Below are positions 49,651-63,447 of a DNA stretch of 64,000 nt, in pieces. This DNA comes from Octopus sinensis (lineage: Eukaryota): NCBI RefSeq assembly GCF_006345805.1, contig NC_043008.1, forward strand, positions 34,720,001-34,784,000, written 5' to 3'. A program made the translations under genes and the position numbers. The notes beneath the pieces were generated by a model. That model did no database searches, was not told the DNA's origin, and worked only from the letters and a program-made list of their open reading frames with translations. Position 1 is the stretch's first letter. Every line of letters begins with the position of its first letter.

Positions 49651-50639
49651 TACAGCTGTTATGCTTTAATTCTGTTTATATTTGTGATAGTTTCATTGGC
49701 TACGATAATGCATAATTCGGTTAACAGGGTTTACAGTTGCAATTCGATAATGCATGATAATATATAATTCATGATGATCTTAAATAAAGCGTCGTTAAAT
49801 AGAATGAAACTGACATAAACAAGGAATGTACAGAAATAATTTTGCTATTCCGAATGACGAAAACGAATAAGTAAATGCTTACGAAAACAAAACAAAAAAA
49901 ACAGTCTGCTGGGTGTTAACAACTGTGTAGAAAAACGAATATGAAAAAAGAAATCGCGCAAACGATCCAGGAGGTGTGGAGAGGACTTTCGGAAAATTCA
50001 TAAGATCCGATTTTTCCCTCATAACATTCAGGAAAATGGATATATATTGAAAAAAAAAAAAAACACACACCCTCCCCTCTCAAAATCAAGCAGGCTATCC
50101 ACAAGCTAGAAATAACAGCCAAATCTCACAAAACTGCGGTTTTTTTTTTTCATATTCGTTTTCTACACAGTTGTTGACATCCAGCAGGGTGGGTTTTTTT
50201 GGGGTTTTATTAACGGGTGATCTTTATATTGACCTAATTTTTTTTTACCTTAGATCAGTTTCACTTTGTGGAACCCACTTATTTAATGTGTCTTTGGTAA
50301 ACTTGTTGAATATGCTATATAACGGTAATTAGGTTAATTTATTTTAACTCTCTGAGCGAGGGATATACAGTAACAATACCTAATCTTATTTAGCCCCAGG
50401 AAAACATATTTTCCTGTGTGTCGGTAGCCAACTGGATAAGATATTTTCCTGGGGCTAAAATAACTAACATTTCCCTTGTATAGGACTGCCACATTATGCT
50501 GGCAAATAAATTTTACTAAGTTAATTTAATTAGTCTCAGTAATCACTGTTTACATTGCGCGTGTGGGATTTTTTAATGTCTACAAAACTTCCAAAATGTG
50601 TTTTTTTTTTTAAACACCCACAAGATTATCCACTATCTT

Positions 50640-50860
50640 TCCAACAACAGCCTTGGGCACCTTTTTGAATTCCATATGTCAAACACTCGTGGACATGCCC
50701 ACAAAATAAAAAAAAAAAAAACAACAACACAGCACACATGACTTCCAGGAACATTTTTTTCACACTCAGAATTGTTGAAGCATGGAATATCGCCCTACTT
50801 TCATCAGTTGTTAGTTGTCGAGACAATACATCCTTTGAAACTTCCACGCTTCCTGAAATC
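50640..50860 (+). mobile_element. CR1/L2-type LINE 3' end in SPRTN intron 1
   Basis: TRGHAHK...FF TLRIVEAWN pattern. Confidence 0.6.
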
Positions 50861-52835
50861 CGCCAACAGTACACCTGATGGTCTCCCCACCGCCTTCTTA
50901 GTTGTAGTGCACCTGAGCACTGTATACAACAGTTTCATTCATTTCTAGATTAGGACTAAATTATTCTGTTCAGCAGAACTTTTTTTTTTAAGTGTGTGTG
51001 TGGGGGGGATCAGTTCCTAATAAAATGACATCCGTCCCCAAGTAAATTATTTCGGAAAGCAAACAAAAATATGTTTATTTGTTTGTTTGAAAGTTTTCGG
51101 AAAAGAAATTTATGAATGAAGCTGTTTGCCCTGACAACAGTTAATCGTATGTTACAAGGTCTCATGATATATAAAAGTGAAGATAAATTTTGAAAAGATG
51201 CAGCTTCCTAGATATCATTTCAGTTCATCACACCACCAAAATTCGAAAATCTATACCCGAAGTATTTATTTATTCGTTTCGATAATTACAGGATAGCCAT
51301 GTTAATTTTGTCCGTCCTCCATTATTATTGGTGGTATTGTAATTAACATTCACCTACGCTGTTTTCAATGTCTTAACGATGCTGGTTTTAATTTTATGTA
51401 TAACTTTCATGCGTATTTCATCTATATTTTTACGATGATTTAATTGTGTCTGTGATGTAAGATCCGGAATTCTAGGAAGCTGGTATTTATACAGCATCAG
51501 CGAAAGTTTATTCATAAAAATTGCAGTGTTTTCATTGGCAGGCATTATAAATATATATATATTTTTTTTTTTTCTCTTCGAACTTTGACGACTGTCAGTC
51601 ACATCACCCATTTATTTTTTTAATATATTCGGTTTCTTGTGTCTTCAACTGCGGAAATCAAGGTTCTGTAAAGAACTTGCACTTCAAAATTTTAAACCAC
51701 CCCTAAATTATTATTATCATTATTTGATGGGGGTAACTCTTCGAAACTTTAATTAAACGTTTTAAATACAAAGATTGCAATTTTGAAATAAATAAATTAT
51801 AAAATATTATAAAATTGTTCAAGGTTGAATTTGCTAAATATTCCGCTCCACGAACTTTTGGAATAACCAATCCACTCGACATGTCACAGAGTTGACTACG
51901 AGCAAGGGAGGTTTGAATGAGGTCGCTCGACCTACTTAGAGAAGAGCCAAATTTCCCTTCAAACCACAAAATTGTTTTATAAAATGAAGAACACATTGAA
52001 CAATAGTCAAAGATAAACAGAAATATTGTCCCCACCACCACCCCAAAAAAAAAAACATTATAAAAAATACAGTAATGATTTAAGACCAAAACATAATTTA
52101 GGCAGTGCACCTGTGAATTTCTTAAATTAAATATTACTAGGCTTGGCTGTGAGAGAAGCGTAAGAATATTAGTACATTTGCACTTTCCTTCTATGCTTTT
52201 GCTGTGTGAAATAATAAAGAGGGAGAGTCTCCTGATGGACTGGTTTATGACCTGGTGTCTTTATGAACTTTTATGGGCTTGCATTTGCTCCCTACACAGA
52301 CTATAACCACCACCCCCAGTAGCAGTTCCTTTAATGGCTCTCACCATAGTCTTATATAAGCCATTCACATCCAAGATACAATATATAGATATAGATATAA
52401 GGGTAGGTAGGTAGCCTTTTCAGTACCAGTGGCAAACTCAAATTGCTTAAGAAACTCTATAACCCTTCTGTGATCACACCAAACAACTTTAATTCAAATA
52501 TTATAAAGCATTAATGACCAGATAGTTTTACAATACTTTAACCCTTTTGATACCAACCCACCTGAGACTGCCCCAAGTTCTATGACATAAACTGACTGTT
52601 TTAAAGTGGTCTAAGTTATAATCTTCATTCTAAATTTTGGGCTACATTATTCCAGACCCCAACTTAATAATTATAAAGTTATTTTGCTAAATCCTTCCTT
52701 ATTTTTAAAATGAATTGAAACAAAGGCAGCATATGTTAACAGAAATATAGTCACAAAAGAGTTTAATACTGGAACACCAAAGGTTCCATTGAGTATAATG
52801 GGATCTTTTTGGATTGAACGGCAGTTTTTTCTAGC

Positions 52836-53003
52836 GGTGTCATATGAAATTGTCACCCATAATTATGACCCTCGTATTGATCTATTGCATTTCAATCTGT
52901 TTTAGGGTTAGGGTTAGGGTATATTTTTTCTTCAGAAATGTAAATAAACCCAATCTGTTGCTTAAACGAGGGACATTTTCATACGGGACAGAATATTTTC
53001 ACC
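52836..53003. mobile_element. Related TTAGGG-containing MITE
   Basis: Both ends read GGTG with imperfect TIRs; (TTAGGG)3 inside. Shares cttcagaaatgtaaa with the 30540 element. No clear TSD. Confidence 0.5.
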
Positions 53004-55280
53004 TCAATAGACGTCATTGATTGGTTGAAATTGCAGAACTCTATGAAAAAAAACCAACAAATATCTTACAAACCATAGAATTTTCTCAATAAAGCCGAGC
53101 GAAAAATGTTTTATAAACACATTCTACCAGTATATGAAGTTTAAAAGTGTTTAGATATGTGGAAATTATTTTTAAAAAACTGCTGTTCAAGCCGAAAAGA
53201 TCCATATAATGTTGAAATTTAATGAGAAATTTCAGTGTTTCAAGCTATAATTATCTACGATAACTTAAACAGTATGTAAAATGAAATTTGTTATGGTATT
53301 ATTTTCCAGGTATAGGGTACTCCATACTAAAATATCCTATGTGTCCAGAAACTGAAGGATAATTATTTGGCTACAAAGAAATATCTTGTCTAAAGTATTA
53401 ATGTCAGCAGAATCGTTAGCACGCCGGGCGAAATGCCTACCGGTATTTCGTCTAGAGTTACGTTCTGAGTTCAAATTCCGCCGAGGTCGATTAAATAAGT
53501 ACCAGTTACGCACTGGGGTTGATGTAATCAACTTAACCCCTTTGTCTGTCCTTGTTTGTCCCCTCTATGTTTAGCCCCTGTGGGCAATAAAGAAATAAAT
53601 ATATACATTTTTGTCTGTGGACACAGCACTGACAAGATATATGAATTCATCATCATCACCCTATGTCCATTTTCAATGGGTTGGTGAGCCATAGGGCTGC
53701 ATCATGCTCCATGTCAGCTTTGACATGGTTTCTACAACTACATGCCTTTCCTAATGCCAACCACTTAACAGTGTGTACTGTGTGCTTTTTTTCATGCCAC
53801 CAGCACTAGTTGGGTTACCAAGAAACTTGCAAGGCAGAAAAGAGAATGGGGGAAAGGGAAAGGCCTTTGACTAAATGGGTGAAGTATTTCCGTAGGTGGT
53901 GAGGAGATTTTATGCCAAGGACAGCTAGAGGTGTTGTGCTATGGAGAAGTTACATGGCTGCCCAACATTTATATACGGATGGTTGGGAGTATCTAGGGGG
54001 AAAAAATAAGATTTTAGCTATGGGTTGCCAGAGCAAAATCCTCTAGAAGCATGAAATGAAATAGGCAGTGGATAGTAACAGCTGGTTATGGTCAGATATT
54101 GAGGTAGAGGCAGGTGTAGATTGTGATGAACAGGTGTGGAGGTGTCGCTTGAGGGGAAATATCAGTATGAGGTGAAATTCTTTTGTGCACATAAAGTAGG
54201 TGAATTTAACCATTTAGCACTCATTTTACTCTGTTAATTTTGATGCTTATTTATTCACATAGTTTTGAATTTATCATGCATTATCTTATAAACTCAAGAT
54301 TTCTATAATTTGATTGTTTATTTTTAGAATGATATAGTAGAGTAAATGTGAGAAGCTCTGTGTAGCCAATTTCATTATAAAATAGGTAGACTATTATGGC
54401 CGGATTCTGAGACCCCCTTCAGTCACGATACAGACCATGGGATTGCACCTAGAAAGTTACCCTCCCAGGCACAAGTCTGGGCAAGGTTGTTTCTGGAAGA
54501 CCAACAGTCGCCCATGCATACCGGCCTCCCTTCTCCACGCCACCAGTGTTATCCAACAGAAAGGCAAAGAGGATGATACAGCTCGGCACCAGTGATGTCA
54601 CAATTCAGACATGAAGGATGCGGCGTAGACAGAGATGATCGAAGGATTCTAGAGGAGATACTTGGCTAACTTAGTAGGATAAAGAAGGAGAGAAAGTGGA
54701 TATATACATATGTATGTAGATATGTATATAGATGGTGAGGTGATTCTCATAGAGCACCTGTAATGTCTCACCAGGCAGTGAAGCAGCTCTGTAGATGTTT
54801 GATCCCTTCAGCCGCAACACCAGAGCTATCCAGGGCCAGCCACCAATGCAGGTGGCAAAATTACCACACAGCTTTGTTGAATTAGGTATTGTGACTCTGG
54901 GCCTGATGTTTCTGCCATCCTCAGTGCTTATTCTTCCTGCACCAATCATCTTACTTTCTTAGTAGCTTCTGACAATTTTCTGGTAACATCTGTTGTCTCC
55001 CTTGCAGCTGATCCCAAGATCCCTGAGCATTGAGTATGTAAAATGAAATTTGTTCCAGCATATCCTCTAACATTTCTCTCTAAAGAGATGAAGAATATTA
55101 CTAAAAATCTAATTTTCTTCCTCTCCTTTACCAAAATAAATCAACACTTTTCCCATCCACAATGAATAATTCTAAAGCAAGAACTGGGAAAGTATGATGT
55201 AAAAACATTAGTGTTGCTAAAATATTAGATATTTCTAAATATTCTATTAATAATAATTATTGTTTTACTTCTTTGTCAAG

Positions 55281-55392
55281 GTGTGCTGGTTTGATGTCAC
55301 CATTAGAAGGTAAAGGTGGAGCCTGTTCAATACGCTTGAGTGAGCCACTTCTCAAATTGAGACCACGAAAAGACTTGGTGGAAACATTACTT
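55281..55392 (+). CDS. SPRTN: SPRTN exon 2: CAGLMSPLEGKGGACSIRLSEPLLKLRPRKDLVETLL
   Basis: Near-identical to the conserved SPRTN peptide SIRLSEPLLKLRPRKDLVETLL. Acceptor ctttgtcaag|G (phase 2), donor CTT|GTAAGA (phase 0). Confidence 0.95.
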
Positions 55393-56971
55393 GTAAGATA
55401 TTCAAACTTTTCATTTTCATTTTAATCTAATACTCTAACAAGGGAAAATAATAAATTTCAATATTGAGAGCAAAATTTTAGCCAGAAATAGTGAGCCTTT
55501 TTAAACTGAGAGAAATTTTAATAATTCTTTAATAGTTATTGCCTGAAGAACATTCTTCTCTTCATGTGCCATGCCTACAGGTGTTGTTTGTATTAGACCT
55601 CCATATTAAGGTCTCAACATTCATAATTTTTCATGGGAAAGAGACTGCAGTGATTTCCTATTTCTGATATATATACAGTTACTCTGCTGGTTTGCTGCTC
55701 ACCCATGCTTAACCATGAGGCAACAAAACTGGTTCACATGACATCAGGGTATGTCCACACACCAGCTGGCTTGCATAACTCCTGCCTAAGGCCAGCCATT
55801 TGTCCTGTAAGTTTTATATGCCTTAGTCGCTAAATTATTTTCTGCTATTAATCACACAACTGGTACCCTTGACAGGTACTACCACCTTGGATCAAAGTAG
55901 ATTTGGAAATAGTGATGACTAAGAGTTAACTCCTTAAACCCCTATGCACTTGAGCTGGAGCCTCATTGCTAGCTATAATTACTTGTCTTGCCCAAGACAA
56001 GTAGAATAATACTCTTCTTTTGGTTTTTCTTCTTTTAATGATTGAAAGAAGGCAATACTCATCATCCAATTTTCATGGCCTCAGTAACTCAGGTGGGGAA
56101 AAACTTATGTGCAGAATTGGTTTGAATGTTTGCAGCAGAGTGGGTTCAACTCAAGAGCTGGTTGATGGATTAAGTCTACCTTCGAAAATTTTGGTATGAA
56201 TAGAATCTAGGACTCAGAACAATATGAGACTTACTCCTTTCAGTACTATAAATCTATTGAAATATGCTACCTGAGTTTCAAGTAATTTTGAAAATGGCAT
56301 TTCAGTAAAATAACTTTGTTGTTATAATGCTGGTTTTTGGAACATAAATTAAATTGAAATTGTTCTGGGATGATTTAAATCCAGTCATTTTAAAATGGAA
56401 GTTTCTATTATAGAATCAAGGGTGATCTCATCAAGTATGACTCTGATACCTCTGCTGAATCAGTACAGGAGAACAAGCAGAGAATAGAGAAAACAACTAA
56501 CCATTTTAAGTGTTTATTTATAATTTACTTGATAACACAGTTATACATTGCAGAAAATCAAAAATTTCTTAACAAATTATTCCTTTCTCAGAGTAAGCAA
56601 AAAAGTATTTTGATTTTGATAATGATACTGCTTCCAAGAAATTATTACCATTATCTATGTACTTAGAATTATGTTATTCTGTGTTATGGAATAATCTCCT
56701 ATATAAATGATAAGAATATTTGTGTTGTCTCCCTCTGATATCTTTCAGAGAGTGGGGGAAGATAAAATAAAGTATTAGTTGAATACTAGTGTCAATTTAA
56801 ATGACTATATTATGCAGTCTTGTGCCCATGTTAGAAATTATTATTAAAAACAAACAATAAAATATATCGGTGGCAGTCAACACCCCCAAAATATGGAAGA
56901 ACATGTTTTTTTATTTAATTGGCACAGAAGAAATATTTAACATTTTAGCACTCAGATTATTCTATCAAGTG

Positions 56972-57314
56972 TTCTGAGACCCCTCTCCGGTCACGACACA
57001 GACCATGGGATTGCACCTAGAAAGTTACCCTCCCAGGCACAAGTCCAGGCAACGTTGTTTATGGAAGACCAGCAGTCGCCCATGCATACTGGCCTCTCCT
57101 CTCCACGCCACCAGTGTTATCCAAGGGAAACACAAAGGCCGATACAGCTTGGCACCTGTGACGTCACAATTCATTTCTACAGCTGAGTGAACTGGAGCAA
57201 CGTGAAATAAAGTGTCTTGCTCAAGAACACAACATGCAGCCCGGTCCAGGATTTGAGCTCACAACCTCACAATCGTAAGCTCAACGCTCTAACCACTGAG
57301 CCATGTGCCTTCAC
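56972..57314 (-). mobile_element. SINE with 12-bp target-site duplication (partial second copy ~54410-54600)
   Basis: ttctatcaagtg (56960-56971) and ttctatcgagtg (57315-57326) flank the element. Confidence 0.75.
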
Positions 57315-57594
57315 TTCTATCGAGTGTAATGCTTATATATTCACAGTTTTGAATTAATCATACATTATCTTGTAGCTTTGAGATTTTGATGATATTATTG
57401 TTTATTTTTAGAATGACAATGCAGGGTAGTTGTGAAAGGCTCGATCTGGTTGGTTTGCACATAAAACAGGTAGAATATTTGGGCTGGTTGAGGCTGGTTT
57501 AAATGCTGATATTGAATATTTGTGTTCTGAGTTAAAATTGGCTAAAACTATAAAGGGTGGTTGTTTGCTATTGGAATTGAGCTATGATGATGTG

Positions 57595-57957
57595 TGTTTA
57601 ATAATGGAAGGCAAGGTTTACGATATCGGAAGAATATCGTCTCCTTCCGTCATCCTTTTGTTCTTCAAGTAGTTCGGGCTTTCGGCAGGCGAAGAGAGAA
57701 AACTTCAAGTACAACCGCTATTTACTTACAGGATTTACAGGATAGGGGTAGTGTGCAGCAAGTCGCTTCTGTGTAGTGGCACCAAAGAAGAGAGAGATTT
57801 GAAGAGGGTTTTCCCTTTATATAGTTTCTATCACGAGCCTTATTGTGATCTCGCACTTGGCAAATGGATGCTGGTGAGGTCTTGCTCCAGTCTTGGAGAT
57901 GGCAATGGCTGCCGCGAGATCATGTCCAATATGGCACTGACTGCTTGTGCCGCTACA
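57595..57957 (-). mobile_element. Possible solo LTR
   Basis: Minus strand starts TGTAGC and ends ...AACA, is CpG-richer than its flanks and contains tatataaa. TSD not convincing. Confidence 0.3.
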
Positions 57958-58424
57958 AGTGTTATTAATTATTTAATATTATTTTAGATTTTGACTATTC
58001 ATGTTAGGCAGTGAGCCCCTTTAGTCTTGTTGGCGATAACCTTTTTAGTTCTAGTAGCACAATAAAATGCCTTCAGTCCATACTGTAAACTGGTTTGTAA
58101 CTGGAGGGGCATCCAGTGGTAAAATCTGTACCAAAAATAATACATACAGTAACAGATTTGGCTGTTTTTTATCTTGCATGTGTATGTGCAAAAGATGGCA
58201 AAGGACCTTAGTGAGTGCTTAGCTCTGGTAAGCTGATGCACTTTGAATGTAGTTTCATGCAGTATTGTGATGAAAATAAATGGTAACAAGAGTGAGGATT
58301 GTTAGATGTGAAAGGGGAAGTAGATTAAGAAAGTTCTGTACCCTTATATGAATCCTGATGGAGCAGACCTATACCTATCATCAGAAATAAACTAGTTATG
58401 AACATTCTTTTTTTTTTTTTTTAA

Positions 58425-58645
58425 CCCTTTAGTGTTCACATTATTCTGCCAAAATTAATGCTTCTTTATCCACATTGTTTTGAATTAATCATGCATTATC
58501 TTGTAGCTAGGAGATTTTGATGAGGTAGCTGTTAATTTTTTAAACAATATTGTAGGGCTGGTGTGAGAGACCAGATCTGGCCAGTTTGAACATAAAACAG
58601 GCAGAATACTTTTGGCCGGATGTGGCCGGTTTAAATGCTAAAGGG
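58425..58645. mobile_element. piggyBac-like MITE
   Basis: TTAA flanks (58421-58424, 58646-58649); TIRs ccctttag/ctaaaggg. Related degenerate copies lie near 54200-54410 and 56940-57500. Confidence 0.75.
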
Positions 58646-58917
58646 TTAAGGATATCTAGGACTTGGGACTATTTTATATAATGAGTCCTTCCATTTTGTT
58701 TTTAAATGGGTGTAAATTGAGAGTGATCTGACTACTATTTCAAGCAAGTCAAAAGAACTAGAAATTCCCTCGTTGACTCAGTTTATGAAAATAGTATTGA
58801 TTGAAAAGGATTACAGTTAACAGAGAAACTGATCAGATGAGGAATCTGTGTTTTTATGACATTTATTAACTGCTAAAATATACAATTGAAAAACAATTAA
58901 AAATTTATTATTTTCAG

Positions 58918-58959
58918 CACGAAATGATACATGCCCACCTCCATGTCACCAAATGTCGA
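58918..58959 (+). CDS. SPRTN: SPRTN exon 3, 42-nt micro-exon: HEMIHAHLHVTKCR (HEXXH zinc-metalloprotease motif)
   Basis: Acceptor ttattttcag|CAC, donor CGA|GTAAGT, phase 0/0. Supplies the HEMIH expected directly after LVETLL. Confidence 0.93.
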
Positions 58960-59775
58960 GTAAGTATAGTTAGTTTTTGTCTTCACTCTTCTCTTGAACC
59001 AGACTAGTTCAGTTCAAATAACTTCATATATATATATATATATATAAGTTCAGCAAAAATTTAGATTCAAATGAATATGGTACTTAATTTAGATGCACCA
59101 GAATTCTCTATGGTGTTATCCATAAAAATCCGTGGGGTGATTATAATCAAAATAAGCAACAAGGATGACTCTGGTAATTTGGTACGATCGTTTCGTACTA
59201 CATCATTTTATTAAATGTTGTAAGTATTACAACAGTTTTAAAATGCTGAGCACTCATCAGCCAATTATAGAGGTTTTCTATTAATACAAAAATTTTCATA
59301 TCAAGTGGCAACATTATAGAGAAGGTAGATATATAGACAAAGATGTGGATTTAAATTTTAAGAACATTTGAGGTAGTGGAGCCCATCAACTGACTGACCT
59401 ATATATATATATACGCATGTATGTATGTGAATGTGTTTATGCTTGTCTCCTTGTCTTGGCATCACATGATACTTGTAAATGAGTATCACAGTATCACAAA
59501 CGGTGTCATTCATTCTCAGTCAACTGTGAAACGATGTCTGGCCATGAGGAAATATTACCTTACTTGGAAACAGGTGCAAGCTGATGACAGGAAAAGCGAC
59601 TGGCTGTAGAAAATCTGCCTCAGTAAACTCTGTCTGACCCATGCAAGCATTGGATAAGTGAACATTAAAATGATGATGATGAGTGTGTCATTTGAGGGAG
59701 AACTGATTGCTATTTCTACTAACTTACAGTGGGGTTGTACCGAGAACCATGTTGTGAAATGTACTTCTTAACCAT

Positions 59776-60152
59776 GCGCAGGAGTGGTTGTGTGGTAAGT
59801 AGCTTGTTTACCAACCACATGGCTCCGGGTTCAGTCCCACTGCGTGGCACCCTGGGCAAGTGTCTTCTACTATAGCCTTGGGCCGACCAAAGCCTTGTGA
59901 GTGGATTTGGTAGACGGAAACTGAAAGAAGCCCATCGTATATATATATATATATATATATGCGTGTTTGTCCCCCTAGCATTGCTTGACAACCGATGCTG
60001 GTCTGTTTATGTCCCCGTCACTTAGCGGTTCGGCAAAAGAGACCGATAGAAAAAGTACTGGGCTTACAAAAGAATAAGTCCCGGGGTCGAGTTGCTCGAT
60101 TAAAGGCAGTGCTCCAGCATGGCTGCAGTCAAATGACTGAAACAAGTAAAGA
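59776..60152 (+). mobile_element. SINE family A copy, ~100 nt upstream of SPRTN exon 4
   Basis: Colinear with 301-705. Confidence 0.85.
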
Positions 60153-60247
60153 GTATGCATTGACTGCCTCTTGTTGTTGTAGTTTAAGCTACTCATTTTG
60201 CTATTCTCTTTATTTGTATTATTTATTGAAATTATTTTTCTCATCAG

Positions 60248-60322
60248 GAAAGTGACCCCCATGGTCCAAAATTCAAGGAACACATGAACCGTATAAACAA
60301 AGCTACCGGTGCCAATATAACT
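60248..60322 (+). CDS. SPRTN: SPRTN exon 4: ESDPHGPKFKEHMNRINKATGANIT
   Basis: Matches the SPRTN HGPxF..HMxRINxxTGANIT segment (third Zn ligand His). Acceptor tttttctcatcag|GAA, donor ACT|GTGAGT. Confidence 0.95.
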
Positions 60323-61531
60323 GTGAGTACTTGACCCTTTAGCAATTGAACCAGCCATATCTGACCAAAATATTCTATCTGTTTTATATTAAAAACAGCC
60401 AGTTCTGGCCTCTTGCACATATTCTACAATGTCATTCTAAAAATAAACAATCACATCATTAGAATCTCAAAGCTGCAAGCTAATGCATGATTTATTCAAA
60501 ACAATGTGAATAAATGAACATTACATTTGACAGTGTAATCTGAATACGAAATGACGTAGTTGGGAAGTGAACTTCTTTACCACAACGGTTATTCTTATGG
60601 TTGGCTGTTTAAAATGTCTGCAACTAAATAGTTTTGGATTCAGTCCCACTATGTCTTGGTACATTAAGCTGGTATTTTCTACCATGACTTTGTATCACCA
60701 AAAGATTTGTGAGTGAATATAGGAAATGGAAACAGTGACCTTGATTAGAAGGTTTAATCTATTACCTGGTTTAACATCACTACCTGGCCCTTGGCAGATT
60801 CCAATCTGTTGCAAGCATTCTGACCAAAATTCTGATCTGAAGATAATTTCTCGTTAGTCACGGTCTCTCTTTAAAAAACCATGTATTATGCCTTGGTTCC
60901 TCTGACTAATCCATTAAAAAAAGTCTGCTCAATCAAAACTCTCCATGCGTTAAACAATAATGTTAATCTACAAATGGTGTGACGTTTTATCACCATTGAA
61001 CATCAGTTTTCTGTGAGCTGGTTTAACAGGTGCCATTGCACCAAGTTCCAACATCTTTGGTATGGTTTCTGTGGTTGGATGCCCTTCCTTATGCCAAGCA
61101 CTTTACAGAACATATAATAATACTAAGTTTATAACTTGAGATTCACCTTCACAGCAAATCAACTGAGACTTCTGGTGGTTTGCTGTGCTTGAGAAAACAA
61201 GTCAAGCTAAGTGAAATCATGGTTGTGACTAGTGCTGGTGAGTCATAAAAGGCACCAGTGCTGGTGATATCTAAAAGGTATCTGTGCTGATAATACGTAA
61301 AAGACACCAGCACAGTCTGTAAAGTGGTTGGTGTTAAGAAGGGTATCCAACTGTAGAAACCAAGCCAAAACAGACTGGTGCCTGATACAGCCCTCTGGCT
61401 TGTCAGCTCCAGTCTAACCATCCAACCCATGCCAACATAGAAAACAGACTTTAAACAATGATGATGATGATAAATATCTTTTGATATTTTTGTGTTTAAT
61501 CAATTGGTTTGTTTCTTTTATTTCTATCTAG

Positions 61532-61778
61532 ATTTACCACAACTTTATTGATGAAGTCAACCTTCATAAACAACATTGGTGGCGTTGTAATGGACCTTGT
61601 CAAAACTGGAAACCATTTTATGGTTGGGTGAAACGAGCCACGAATCGAGCACCTTCCAAGAATGACTTTTGGTGGGAACGGCACCGTATGACATGTGGAG
61701 GACAGTACATTAAAGTGAAAGAACCAGAAGGTTATGGTAAAAAGAAAGAAAGTAAAGTTTCAAAAACAGACAAAAAAT
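61532..61778 (+). CDS. SPRTN: SPRTN exon 5: zinc-binding subdomain (IYHNFIDEV...HWWRCNGPC...YGWVKRATNRAPS..DFWW..H..TCGG.YIKVKEPE) and basic region
   Basis: Strong recognised match. Acceptor tttctatctag|ATT, donor T|GTAGGT (phase 1). Overlaps ORF track 61628..61861. Confidence 0.95.
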
Positions 61779-62134
61779 GTAGGTTGCTCCTTAAAATATC
61801 TTTAAAATCAAAATGGTTACAGATGTTTGTGGCTTCTTTGTACATTTTATTTTGCAATTAATGAAAATTAGTGATACTGGTTACAGTTTTCCAATGGATG
61901 AAACATTAGTTTACTGCATTTTTGATGATGAGTGAAAAGATAGTGTCAGTAACTTGGTGTTGAGCAAATTTTCTTGGACAGGTTCTGGTGTTAGGAAGGG
62001 CATCCAGCTGTAGAAACACTGCCAGATCAGACTGGGCCTGGCGCAGCCCTCTGGCTTCCCAGACACCAGTTGAACCGTCCAACCCATGCTAGCATGGAAA
62101 ACGGACGTTAAACGATGATGATGATAATGATGAG

Positions 62135-63002
62135 GTTCAAAGGGAGTTTGAAACAGGAATGTGCTGTGCGACCACCACTTAGAGTTGCAGCTATTCCACT
62201 TAACACCACAGATCACATTGGCATAATTTGAAGAAAGCTGTTAAAGTGATTTCTGGTGGGTTCAGAACTACGTTTCAAGCATTGTCTTCTGTGGAATATA
62301 CACACTGGCCATTTTTAAGATGTACAGATAGTTACCACTGTTGGATGCCATTTGTGGATTTCGAAGCCCAGAATGCACCACATTGCCTCATTAGAGGAAA
62401 TATACCTGCCAACTTACGTTGTTGAATTTCATCTGCCTGCCCTCCTGTTCAAGTCCAAAATCCACCATCTCTGGGCTCTTATTGATGTATTTACATACAT
62501 ATTTAATACTTTTTATAGAGTTGCATGACTCAACATGGGCCTGCAATGTTTTAGACAGCAGTGGGTTGTAGGGTACGATCCACCTGTTGTCAATTTTCGT
62601 CCCTTGACCATTAACTTTGAGCTTGGTAATATTTCCACCATCTTCTGGTTTTCGGCACCTGTCGAGTGGGTAATCGTCGTGTCCCTTACGTGTCTCGTGG
62701 ATAAATTCCGTGGGGAACCTGATGCACTTCATGCGATCAAATGAAAATGAATGGGTTATTTCCCTTGGTTAGGAAAATGAAAGGGTTATTTCCCTTGGCT
62801 GTTAAAGGAAAATATATATGGGTTATATGTGAGGACCCCTTCTAGGGGCCCTAGCCATCCAGTTATAGATTTTTATTAAACTTCAATGAGCCTAGTAACA
62901 AACTGGATGTTACTTTAACATGTTTTCAAAGTTTCACGAAAATTCATTAATGGATGTAGACAGTAACTTGACACAGACAACTCACATTTATATATGTATA
63001 GA
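62135..63002 (-). mobile_element. Internally deleted Helitron (Rep C-terminal plus helicase fragments) in SPRTN intron 5
   Basis: Minus translation YPL.R.R.PEDGG...IDNRWIVPYNPLLSK...SIKSIKYVCKYINK, then EA.W.I.GF.IH and SGIAATL..GGRTAHS.FKLP. Candidate 5' A|TC end at 63002. Confidence 0.85.
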
Positions 63003-63008
63003 TGTTTG

Positions 63009-63042
<34 letters not shown>

Positions 63043-63447
63043 CCTTTGTATCTATGATTGTCCCCCACTACCACTTGACAACCGGTGTTGGTGTGTTTAT
63101 GTTCTCATAACTTAGCAGTTTGGCAAAAGGGACTGACAGAATTAATACCAGTCTTAAAAAAATAATAATGGAGTTGATTCATTCAACTAAAATTTCTTCA
63201 ATGCTGTGCCCCAACATGGCTGCAGTCTAATGACTGAAATGAGTAAAAGATAAGTAGTGGGGTCAATAAACTGCTGGATGATGTACATTGGCTAGATGTG
63301 TAATGTGACTGTCAGTTGGCATTATGATGGTCAAGAAGAAAAATTGGTAGAATTGAAATTTTTAGATATCTTCAATTTTCAAATTGTTGAAAGCTTCTTT
63401 ATGATGATAATAATTAATCTTTTTTTTTTTTTTTTTTTTCAATACAG

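Noticed and set aside
51354-51611. 85-aa minus-strand ORF (MGDVTDSRQSSKRKK...) nested in SPRTN intron 1
   Set aside because: No recognisable domain, crosses an (AT)n/poly-A tract and has no supporting exons; would need RNA-seq to revive.
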